Assembly: GCA_023249055.1 (NCBI GenBank)
Contig: JAHFDH010000002.1
Coordinates: forward strand, 3,226 to 52,843
Reading direction: 5' to 3'
Source of the DNA: Candidatus Methylomirabilota bacterium
GTDB taxonomy: Bacteria; Methylomirabilota; Methylomirabilia; Methylomirabilales; Methylomirabilaceae
Length of the DNA: 49,618 nt
The notes under the pieces are model-generated. The model did no database searches. It saw only the letters and a program-made list of their open reading frames with translations, and was not told the DNA's origin. A program made the position numbers and the translations under genes. Of this stretch, positions 8,817 through 17,167 are shown in pieces (position 1 is the stretch's first letter; each line of letters begins with the position of its first letter).

Positions 8817-9967
8817 CGTCCCATCCCTTTCATCTGCGCCTCATCCATCTTCATGCCCCCCATCTGGCCCGATCCCGTTCTGATCGTCGGATCAACCTTA
8901 GGGGGCCCGCCGGCGCGCCGCTCCGCCTCCAGTGCAGCCTTAGCAAGCGAGTCGTCCACGTACTCCCGGGCAAACACCGGCCGCTTCAGTACCCCGGCCT
9001 CCAAGGCCAGCTTCATCAAGTCGTCGAACTCTTCGGGAAGCGGCACTAACTCGGTATAGGTTACCCGATCCATTGGATGACTCAATACGAACTTGATCAG
9101 CTCAGGCTTTTGGTTGAAATAGTCAGGTCGGGCCGCCATCTCGGCCCCCATAAACCGATTGCTCATCGAAGCATCGAGCCATCGGCCTGCGGCCAGAATC
9201 TCGGTGACCAGTTGCTGCACGATCGGTCGATGTTCCCGAAGGAACTCCTCCCGCACGGTGAGCACGCAGCAGAAGTAGGTCGGCCATACGTCGCGGGTCA
9301 TAGCCAGGACGCGACCGTAGCCGGCCATCTCGGCCGCCGCGCCGAACGGCTCCCCCGTGGCGTAGGCGTCGATCACATGCGAGGCAAGAGCGGCCGGCAT
9401 ATCCGGCGGGTTCATCTCCACCTCCTGGAAGTCGCTCCAGGTCATGTGGGCGTCTTTCATCAGCTTCCAGATGATGAGTTGCTGCGTAGCGAACCGGCTC
9501 GGGACGGCCACGACCTTGCCTCGCAGATCCCTGAAGTCTCTTATTGCCGAGTCTGCACGAACCATTACCACATGCCCGGAGCGGTGCCCAAGCGCGACGA
9601 CCTTTAGCGGCACCCCCTTCGATCGCAGTTCCATGGCGAGCGGCGCCAGCAGGTAGGCCGCATCGACCTTGCGCGCCATGAACGCCTCCTTCAACTCCGG
9701 GAACCCTTGAAACTTTTTGGCCTGGATCGGTCCTTTTGAGGATGGCGGGAGCGACAACGACATCGCCTGACAGGCGACGGGCAGGGTGAGGTTTCAGGTG
9801 ACGGGCAGGTACCCGACCCAGAGGGTTGCCTCCTGTCGTTTGAACAATCCCCCGACCTTACTCGCCACGGAGCCCCAGCCGACGTTGAGCGTCAGATGAA
9901 GAAGGGAGATCCCAGCCATCCAGAGGGCTACCGCGGTCAGCAGGAACGATCTCGTTCGGATACGCAT
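8813..9967 (-). CDS. NitT/TauT (CmpA/NrtA-like) ABC substrate-binding protein, probable selenoprotein, 384 aa
   Basis: ATG 9967, 21 nt after the upstream stop, gives MRIRTRSFLLTAVALW... (membrane anchor) ...LWVGYLPVT-TGA(9794-9796)-NLTLPVACQAM. This runs in frame into track ORF 8813..9763, which alone lacks an export signal and the first beta-strand. Confidence 0.85.
9761..9779 (-). promoter_or_regulatory. Candidate bacterial SECIS hairpin of the ABC binding-protein gene
   Basis: Minus strand CGTCGCCT-GTC-AGGCGATG: 8-bp stem with one G-U pair. The loop begins GU, 22 nt after the UGA. Confidence 0.65.
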
Positions 9968-9988
9968 GATGTGTCGCCTTGATACGCT

Positions 9989-11134
9989 CTAGACGCCGAG
10001 GCAGCCGGCGATGATCAGCCGCTGGATCTCGGAAGTCCCGGAGTAGATGGTCCCGGCGATCGAGTCCCGAAGCTCCCGCTCCAGCTCGAACTCCGTCATG
10101 TAGCCGTAGCCGCCGTGGATCTGAACGGCATCCAGGTTGGACTTGACGCAGCACTCGCTCACGTACAGCTTGGCCATGGCCGCTTCGAGGGCCGCCTGTT
10201 TGCCATGCCGCTTCAGCCACCCGACCTTGTACACCAACAACCGCGCAGTCTCAAGGCGCACCTTCATCTCCGCAAGCTTGTCCGAGATCGCCTCGAACTT
10301 CCCGATCGGCTTGCCGAATTGCCGGCGCTCCCTGGCGTACCGCACGCACCGCTCGAGCTGACGCTCCATCGCGCCGACCTGACTGGCCACGATGCAGCTT
10401 CGTTCCCACTCCATCGAGGTGTTGAAGATGGCTGCGCCGGCCCCCTCTTTGCCGAGAAGCTGCCCCGCCGAGACCTCGCAGTCTTCCAGGACCAGCTCCC
10501 CCATCGGAGAGGTCCTGAGTCCCATCTTCTCAAACTCCCGGCCGACCACGAGTCCGGGCGTCCCCTTTTCTACCAGGAAGGCGGTAATGCCGCGTGCGCC
10601 CTTGGTCGGATCCAGACTGGCGAAAATCAGCAGGAGATCGGCGACCGGGGCGCTGGTGATAAAGGTCTTCCGCCCGTTCAGAACGTATCGATCTCCCTTC
10701 CGTTCGGCCCTGGTCTGCATCGCGAAGGCATCGGAGCCTGAGTCCGGCTCGGTCATGGCGTGCACGCCGATCCATTCGCCCGAACAGAGCTTGGGCAGAT
10801 ACCGTCGTTTCTGCTCGTCGCTCCCGAACTTCCAGATCGGGACCTCGCAGCTCAGCATGTGGGCCGCGATGGCGAAGTGGAGGCCGTTGTCCCGGCAGCC
10901 GTATCCCAACGCCTCCAACGCCAGGATGGTCGTCAGGATATCCACCCCGCGGCCCCCGTACTCCTCCGGAATCGGCAGACCCTGGATGCCGAATTCAGCG
11001 CACTTCTGCCAGCCCTCGTGGGAGAACTCGCCTTTCCGGTCGCGCTCCACGAGACCCTCGTTCAGCTCCCTGGCGGCGAACTTGACGATCGCCTCCCGGA
11101 GAGCCAGATCGCCGTCACTCCACGAAAAGTCCAT
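9989..11134 (-). CDS. Acyl-CoA dehydrogenase family, L-prolyl-[PCP] dehydrogenase-like (PltE/RedW/AnaB/CloN3)
   Basis: Start MDFSWS at 11134. ALGYGCRDNG, TEPDSGSD, IFNTSMEWER, IHGGYGY and IYSGTSEIQR closely resemble prolyl-carrier-protein oxidases. Confidence 0.85.
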   Translation of the reverse strand: MDFSWSDGDLALREAIVKFAARELNEGLVERDRKGEFSHEGWQKCAEFGIQGLPIPEEYGGRGVDILTTILALEALGYGCRDNGLHFAIAAHMLSCEVPIWKFGSDEQKRRYLPKLCSGEWIGVHAMTEPDSGSDAFAMQTRAERKGDRYVLNGRKTFITSAPVADLLLIFASLDPTKGARGITAFLVEKGTPGLVVGREFEKMGLRTSPMGELVLEDCEVSAGQLLGKEGAGAAIFNTSMEWERSCIVASQVGAMERQLERCVRYARERRQFGKPIGKFEAISDKLAEMKVRLETARLLVYKVGWLKRHGKQAALEAAMAKLYVSECCVKSNLDAVQIHGGYGYMTEFELERELRDSIAGTIYSGTSEIQRLIIAGCLGV

Positions 11135-12869
11135 CGCTCTGCTGCCGCGCGACCAGCCACCGAAGAGAGCGCTGAATCGCCTCCTCCGTCCAGCCGACGG
11201 TTGTGAAATCGTGATTGGCGTAAGGGATACGGTGCGCCTCCCATTGGGGAATCTCGCTATCGATCTCCTCCGTGCGTAGGCCGCGCCGGCGGAGGAAGCC
11301 CTCAAAGTCGGCGAAGGCCGGATCCTTTTCGCCGTACACCAGCAAGGTCTCACGCTTGGACGCGACGAAGGCGTCAAGCACTCGTTCGAACGGCCCCCCA
11401 TCTGGCCCTTGAGTCTCTTCAATAGCAACCGTACGATCCTCTCCGAGATTCACTGAGACCATCGGCATCGACCACAGGATGAGACGGCGTACCCGGGCAT
11501 CGTCCAATGCGGTCAGGACGGCGGTCTTGGCGCCGTGGCATTGGCCCAGGATGGTCACCTCGTTCAATCCTATCTCCTTGAGGAGATACTCCACGGCCGT
11601 CCGCGCCTCGTCAACGTTGTAACGCTCCCCTTCTCCATTCCGAAAATTCTGGAACACCCCCTCACTGTCACCTAGGCCCGGCTGGTCAACGCGAAGGACA
11701 ACGAAGCCGGCCCGAGCGAACGCCCGCGCCGCCGCCACAAAGATCCGGTGCAGGCCGGATCGCCGGTACAGACCGCCACCAACGACGACGATCCCACCCG
11801 TTGTCCCATCCCTTCTCTCGAGCTCGGGGTAATGTAAGGTCCCGATAAGCGCCTTCCCCTGGACCCTGATGCTGACCGGTCGTTCAGTCATCGGCTCGGC
11901 GATCATCCCTGCCCGATGGCCGTCTATCCCCTCTTGCTCATCCATGGAGAAAGGGGATCCCCCGGCTGAAGCCGAAACGGACTGTCGTGTCCGTAGTCGT
12001 GGGTTAGACAGCATCGTAGGGTGAAGGTTTAGGGTGTCCCGAGGAAGGGACTCGATCCAGCGAAATGTTGTTTCATACAACGCGGTCGGCATGGCCACAC
12101 GCGGAATCTCCCAGAAAGGATATCCCGGCACAGTTCTATAGGCTGCCCGTATGTTGGCACTTGAGATCGTTTGCCAGAGGCGGGACACCGATTTATCACG
12201 CCCCGTCTTTGTCAGCACATCCACGATCAGCGCGTCTCCCTGATAAGACCAAGCCCCCTCCAAGGGGGGCGCCAAGACGCATTCCTGATACAATTGCCTC
12301 CCGACCCGGTAGCCCTGCAGGTCCACCGCCTCGCCCGCTTCCAGGACAGACGTTAATGCCTGCATAGTACTGCGGGTCCGTCCGAAGCAGCAAAACTCGG
12401 TGAATTGACGGCTCCGCAAGAGATCGCGGAAGTAGCCCCTGGTATCCACCACCGGCGACCAAAGGATCAGACGGGAGACTCGCTCACCTACTGCCGGGTC
12501 TGACGCCGCGAGCGCAGCGGCTGTTGCGCCTAACCGCAACCCCACGAGGCCGCACGCATCCACCTCGGCCTCCTCCATCAGCAGTTCGATGGCAGCGCGG
12601 ATGTCCTCGGCGCAGGTCCCGAGGGACAACTCCTCGAACTCCCCCTCGCTCTCCCCGCAACCGCGGTAATCGAAGAGTAGCGCGGCGAAACCGCGTCCAG
12701 CCAGCTCCCTGGCGAACTCTACAAGCGCGCGGTAGGCTCGGACACCTTCATCATGGAGCGGCAGGCACAGGACAAAGCCGACCCGCCGCGCGCACACCGT
12801 TTGATCCGGCAGGTGCAGGACACCATACAACCTTGCACCTCTATGCGTGAAGAAGAGCGGCTGCTCCAT
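11115..12869 (-). CDS. Two-domain alpha/beta-hydrolase fusion (exosortase-associated hydrolase-2-like + hydrolase-1-like)
   Basis: N-domain DYRGCGESEG...GLRLGA; C-domain DQPGLGDSEG...GQCHGA, GEKD, ANHDF. ATG 12869 overlaps the upstream TGA. Confidence 0.8.
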   Translation of the reverse strand: MEQPLFFTHRGARLYGVLHLPDQTVCARRVGFVLCLPLHDEGVRAYRALVEFARELAGRGFAALLFDYRGCGESEGEFEELSLGTCAEDIRAAIELLMEEAEVDACGLVGLRLGATAAALAASDPAVGERVSRLILWSPVVDTRGYFRDLLRSRQFTEFCCFGRTRSTMQALTSVLEAGEAVDLQGYRVGRQLYQECVLAPPLEGAWSYQGDALIVDVLTKTGRDKSVSRLWQTISSANIRAAYRTVPGYPFWEIPRVAMPTALYETTFRWIESLPRDTLNLHPTMLSNPRLRTRQSVSASAGGSPFSMDEQEGIDGHRAGMIAEPMTERPVSIRVQGKALIGTLHYPELERRDGTTGGIVVVGGGLYRRSGLHRIFVAAARAFARAGFVVLRVDQPGLGDSEGVFQNFRNGEGERYNVDEARTAVEYLLKEIGLNEVTILGQCHGAKTAVLTALDDARVRRLILWSMPMVSVNLGEDRTVAIEETQGPDGGPFERVLDAFVASKRETLLVYGEKDPAFADFEGFLRRRGLRTEEIDSEIPQWEAHRIPYANHDFTTVGWTEEAIQRSLRWLVARQQSDGLFVE

Positions 12870-13828
12870 CAACGAATACGAGGGGCGCCGCATGGCGCGG
12901 AAAAGCGGGAGGCGACCCAATCCACCAACTTGTCCACCACCTCCTCCTGGATCCGGACGCTGAGAAAGCGGTGCACCTCTCCCTTCAGCAGATGCAACTC
13001 GTAGCCCGGTTCAGATCGGGGCGCTCCGGCCCTGGCCACCAGCCCGTCAACGCTTACGCTGAACTCTGCGTAGCTGAAGTCCTCCTCCCCGTAGATGAAG
13101 AGTACTGGAACCTGGGTTCGAAGTGCGGCGATAAATGGCTGAGCGAACTGTTCGCTTACCCGTTGGCTTGGGGCGACAGAGGATCCCGGCCCGTTGTCAG
13201 AGCGAAAGATCCGCATGAAAAGGCTCATGATGGCTTCCGTTGTCTTGGCGCCGGCGCTGGCCAGCCGGGTGACAACACGCCAAGCGGCGTCCAACGTCTC
13301 GCCTGCGAGGATCGACCTGATGACCCGCTGCTCGCCTACTTTGCGGAGCAACCGCCGCAACCGCCGCTCCCCTGGGGGCTTGAACCGCCTGCGCTCCCGC
13401 TCAAAGATCGGCGTTGCCGCTAAGATGAGGCCGTCAATGGGGGCCGCAGCCTCCACCGCGCTCAGGACGGTGAGCGCGCCGAAGCAGGTACCGGCGAGAA
13501 TGAGTCGATCGACATTAGCTACCTTCCGAAGGAAGGTAGCGGCAGCCACGACGTCCTCGGTGAAAGGGCGGTCGAGCCGCATCTCGAACAGAGAACCGCT
13601 GCTGTCGCCGACGCCGCGGTAGTCGAATCGGAGGACATAAAAGCCCAGCGCGGCTAACCGCCGCGCTGCCTTGACCCACATCCGGTTGCGGTGGCTCCTC
13701 GGAATGATCCCGCCGGCCAGCAGGATGACGCCGACCCGCTCCTGATGCCATTCCGCCTCGGGGAGAGTCAGCATGCCGAAGAGGTCATAGCCGCTGCTGG
13801 GAAAGATGACCGGGCGCTCGATCGCCAT
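12869..13828 (-). CDS. Alpha/beta-hydrolase, hydrolase-1-like (Cys nucleophile)
   Basis: Start MAIERPV at 13828, 2 nt after the upstream stop. FDYRGVGDS, AGTCFGA elbow, GEED and GEVHRF. Confidence 0.8.
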   Translation of the reverse strand: MAIERPVIFPSSGYDLFGMLTLPEAEWHQERVGVILLAGGIIPRSHRNRMWVKAARRLAALGFYVLRFDYRGVGDSSGSLFEMRLDRPFTEDVVAAATFLRKVANVDRLILAGTCFGALTVLSAVEAAAPIDGLILAATPIFERERRRFKPPGERRLRRLLRKVGEQRVIRSILAGETLDAAWRVVTRLASAGAKTTEAIMSLFMRIFRSDNGPGSSVAPSQRVSEQFAQPFIAALRTQVPVLFIYGEEDFSYAEFSVSVDGLVARAGAPRSEPGYELHLLKGEVHRFLSVRIQEEVVDKLVDWVASRFSAPCGAPRIR

Positions 13829-13830
13829 GC

Positions 13831-14721
13831 TCACACAAGATGCTGACGGCACCAGTTCCGCGTCAGCCCGATGAGACGCTCCGATCGATACGGCGTATCC
13901 ACCCCAAAAAACCAACCGGGCTCTTCCATCACTACCTCCAGGTCGCACCGGGCGCCATTGGCCTCGAGACGCTGGCACAGCTTCTGAAATTCCGATTGCA
14001 CCTTTGCCTTCCGCGAAATCTGCACCACAAGGGCGGAGCCGGAGAAGGTCCTGAGGTCATTCATCAGATCGACCGAAGCCGCGTCATCGAAGAGACGCCG
14101 GTATAAGGGATAGCCCAGCGCTTCGACCTGCCCTGTCCGTCGCATCTCGTCCAGCATCTGGTTCACCGATGCGCTCGGCTGCTGATGATTCATCAGCTCG
14201 GAGAAGATCTTCGCCCGGAGGAACTCATTGAAGTACGCCCGGGGTCGAGCCACCGGTTCCCAAAGGACCAGGGCTCTGACCCGAGAGTCAGCCTCCGCCG
14301 CAAGCGCTGCCACGGTCGCACCGAGCCTAATTCCCAGGAGACCAACCTGTTCCACTCGCTCCCGCTCGCAGAGCAGATCGACCGCCCGCAGGGCATCAGA
14401 AACGTGGCCCGACAGCGTGACCTCCTCGAACTCGCCGTCGCTGTCGCCAGAACCGCGATAGTGAAAACGGAGAACGGGAAGTCCGTTCGCTGCCAGGACG
14501 CGCGCCGTCTCTACCTGTAGCAGCGAGGCGCCAACCTGCTCCACAGCAAAAGGAGGACACAGAACCAAGCCGGCCCGCCGAAGGCCGGGCTGGACCGCGA
14601 GCGGCAGGTGCAGGAGCCCGAACAGGCCGGCGCCTTCATGCTGAAAGACAAAGACTTCTTCTTTCAGATTCCGGTCCCGGTCGATCCGGCTGGTGTACTG
14701 ACTGAGATCAACAGGCGGCAT
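13831..14721 (-). CDS. Alpha/beta-hydrolase, hydrolase-2-like (Arg at nucleophile elbow)
   Basis: LCPPFAVEQ, FHYRGSGDSDG, LLGIRLGA and LWEPV. Likely start ATG 14721. Confidence 0.8.
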   Translation of the reverse strand: MPPVDLSQYTSRIDRDRNLKEEVFVFQHEGAGLFGLLHLPLAVQPGLRRAGLVLCPPFAVEQVGASLLQVETARVLAANGLPVLRFHYRGSGDSDGEFEEVTLSGHVSDALRAVDLLCERERVEQVGLLGIRLGATVAALAAEADSRVRALVLWEPVARPRAYFNEFLRAKIFSELMNHQQPSASVNQMLDEMRRTGQVEALGYPLYRRLFDDAASVDLMNDLRTFSGSALVVQISRKAKVQSEFQKLCQRLEANGARCDLEVVMEEPGWFFGVDTPYRSERLIGLTRNWCRQHLV

Positions 14722-14827
14722 ACTAGGGGACAGGCGCCCTCGGTGCGTCAAGACGGTTGAGAAATTGTGCCAGGTCGAATTGAGTTCCTTTGGAATCTTC
14801 AACAATCCGCTTTCCGCTGCGAGGATG

Positions 14828-14856
14828 AGGATGCCATACGCTCAGCGAAATGTCAA
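14828..14856 (-). promoter_or_regulatory. Putative sigma70 promoter of the leftward operon
   Basis: Minus strand TTGACA-17 nt-CATCCT with TG just upstream of the -10. Confidence 0.5.
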
Positions 14857-14874
14857 ACGCCGTCCAATTTTGGA

Positions 14875-14904
14875 TTGACAATTCGCTGCCCAGCCTCTTA
14901 TAGT
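14875..14904 (+). promoter_or_regulatory. Putative sigma70 promoter of the rightward glycan operon
   Basis: TTGACA(14875-80)-18 nt-TATAGT(14899-904). Confidence 0.7.
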
Positions 14905-15072
14905 TTTACTATTATCCAACCATCGCACTCGGTTGCTACGCCCCAAGGTTTGTCGGCTGATTGGCAGTGCTTTCACCCACAACGTCCTCCCTGGAAGGGC
15001 CACTAAGATGGATGTCCTCTTCCTGATCACTTGGTGGGGATCGCGCAAGACAGTAAGGAGCAGGACCACGTA

Positions 15073-16185
15073 GTGGACGCGCAGTCACGGGAACGGGTTC
15101 TCCTGATCCCCTACTCAGGGTTGGGGGATCTGATTATGCATCTGCCGCTGGTTACGGTGCTGCAAAAGGACTTTGACGTCGAAGTCGTGATCGAGCAGGC
15201 CTATGAATCGTTCGGGCGGTTTCTAAAAACGTACGGGATCCTCACGAGCTATCTCCCCTGTAACCAGTCCAAGACGCTGGCGGGCTTTCTGGCCAAGATC
15301 GTCTTCTTTGTCTCCGGAATCGATCACCAATCATACCGATACATCATGGTGTACGATCGGCCGCTTTTTACCATGCTCTCCTCTCTGCTTCCGTCAGGCA
15401 AGGTGATCCGTTATGGGCTTCTCACAAAAACGTTGCGGGGCCCCCTGGGCTGGAATCATCAAGCCGAACGGAACAACCAGACGGAGGCGGTTCTCGATTT
15501 TGCCAGATATCTCTCTTTTCCGGCGGCCAACGAATCATATTGCTTTCCGGAACGGGTTATGGAGGAGTGTCGCCGTCGCGCCTCTCGTCTGCTTGATGGT
15601 TTCGGGATTGACGCCGTCGGCACCAGGCTTGTCGTTATCGGTCCGTTCGCCAACCACCCGTACAAACAGGCCCCGTTGGCGTTGTTTCAGGAGGTCGTTC
15701 ACTATGCCATAGACAGGGGGTTCCCCGTTGCCATGATCGGAGCGTCGGCCGATGCACGGCACGCCGAAGCCTTCCATAACGCGCTCGGCGTGTCACCGCA
15801 GGGTCGCTTCCTCAATCTGGTCGGACAGCTCGAATGGGAAGAGACGCTCGGCCTTTTATCTTCGAGCGTCGCGTTTGTCTCCAATGATTCCGGCATCATG
15901 CACGTCAGCCTCGCCTGTCGAACCCGTACCGTCGCGTTTTTTGGGCCGACCGCCCCATACGCCTTGGTCCCCAAGAACAATCAGTACCTTCACCCCGTTT
16001 TCCTCGACCTGCAATGTCAGCCCTGCTGGCATAAGGGGCCAACCGGCCGGTTTCGATGTCCTGAGGTCAAGAAGGCGTGCCTGGTCCGGATCAATACGGA
16101 TACCGTCCTTACCTTCATATCTGATATCGTCGCGGGTCTGGAGCCATCCCATCCGGCTCTTTCCTCGGCCACAGACCGCGTGTAG
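15073..16185 (+). CDS. Glycosyltransferase family 9 (heptosyltransferase-like)
   Basis: GLGDLIM, FVSNDSGIMH, AFFGPT and CQPC...C...C tail. GTG 15073 after AAGGAG. Confidence 0.85.
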   Translation: MDAQSRERVLLIPYSGLGDLIMHLPLVTVLQKDFDVEVVIEQAYESFGRFLKTYGILTSYLPCNQSKTLAGFLAKIVFFVSGIDHQSYRYIMVYDRPLFTMLSSLLPSGKVIRYGLLTKTLRGPLGWNHQAERNNQTEAVLDFARYLSFPAANESYCFPERVMEECRRRASRLLDGFGIDAVGTRLVVIGPFANHPYKQAPLALFQEVVHYAIDRGFPVAMIGASADARHAEAFHNALGVSPQGRFLNLVGQLEWEETLGLLSSSVAFVSNDSGIMHVSLACRTRTVAFFGPTAPYALVPKNNQYLHPVFLDLQCQPCWHKGPTGRFRCPEVKKACLVRINTDTVLTFISDIVAGLEPSHPALSSATDRV

Positions 16186-16186
16186 C

Positions 16187-17167
16187 ATGAAGGACGCTTC
16201 CCCCAGAGTCGCCATCCTCATCCTGAACTGGAACGACCTGCGTAATACCGCAGAGACGCTGACCAGCATAAAAGGCCTCGCCTACCCGACCTTCGAGGTC
16301 TGGGTCATAGACAACGGCTCCACCGGCGGCTCCGACGAGGCAATCGCCAACCGATTTCCGGAGGTTCGCGTGATCTCTTCACCGACAAACCTGGGCGTCG
16401 CCGGCGGACGGAACTTCGGCCTCGAGGCCATTCTCAGCCGCGACGACGCCGACTACGTCCTGATCCTCGACAACGATGTCGCTGTCGAGCCGCGCCTGCT
16501 GGACAAATTGGTGGCGGCGGCCGAGACGCACGCCGATCTCGGGATCGTGGGGCCGATTATCTATTACCATTCCGATCCCCGGCGGATCTGGAGCGCTGGA
16601 GCCTCTATTGTCTTTCGAGAGGTCACCGCCAAATCGCCAGCCAAGAACCGACGCGCAGGCGAGGAGCGGCCTGAAGGGATTGAGCGGGTAGACTGTATCA
16701 CCGGCTGCTGCATGTTGATAAGGCGGCAAGTATTTGAGACAATTGGCTGTTTCAATCCGCAATACTTCATGGTGGGCAATGAAACCGAGTTCTGTTACCG
16801 GGCGGCCAAACAGGGATTTGCCACGGCCGTCGTGACGCACGCTAAGCTGTGGCATAGGGTGTCGGCCAGCACCAGCGGCGGCTATACTCCGGCCCGAACC
16901 TATTACACCGGTCGGAGTACCGTTCTGTTTCTGAAAGAGCACGGGCGTCCATGGAACTGGATCACGACCTTCGTCTTTGTGATGTTGACCCTTCCGGCCG
17001 CATACCTCCGAGAGGCGCTCCGCGGCAACCAACACGCGGTCACCATGAAGGCGCGAGGCTACCTGGATGGGCTGTTAGGAAGACCGGTCGATCGGGAGGT
17101 GCAACGATACTTTCAGGATAATCATACTATGCCCCAGGAGGCGATGCATGTCCGACACACTAGGTAA
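16187..17167 (+). CDS. Glycosyltransferase family 2 (GT-A)
   Basis: ILNWN, IDNGS, NLGVAGGRN, LDND and ITGCCML. ATG 16187 directly after the upstream stop. Confidence 0.9.
   Translation: MKDASPRVAILILNWNDLRNTAETLTSIKGLAYPTFEVWVIDNGSTGGSDEAIANRFPEVRVISSPTNLGVAGGRNFGLEAILSRDDADYVLILDNDVAVEPRLLDKLVAAAETHADLGIVGPIIYYHSDPRRIWSAGASIVFREVTAKSPAKNRRAGEERPEGIERVDCITGCCMLIRRQVFETIGCFNPQYFMVGNETEFCYRAAKQGFATAVVTHAKLWHRVSASTSGGYTPARTYYTGRSTVLFLKEHGRPWNWITTFVFVMLTLPAAYLREALRGNQHAVTMKARGYLDGLLGRPVDREVQRYFQDNHTMPQEAMHVRHTR

Noticed and set aside
4088-9967. Genome-wide UGA reassignment (code 4/25) as the explanation for the in-frame TGAs
   Set aside because: Many clear genes here end in TGA, often as ATGA/GTGA overlaps (halogenase, permease, cysC, gspK). 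Only two Cys-type positions with hairpins need readthrough.
9989-14805. Long N-terminal extensions and large overlaps of track ORFs (starts 11428, 12920, 13978, 14805; likewise 15752, 46902, 39614)
   Set aside because: Downstream starts give stop/start coupling and family-typical N-termini; the extensions are alternate-frame read-ins.
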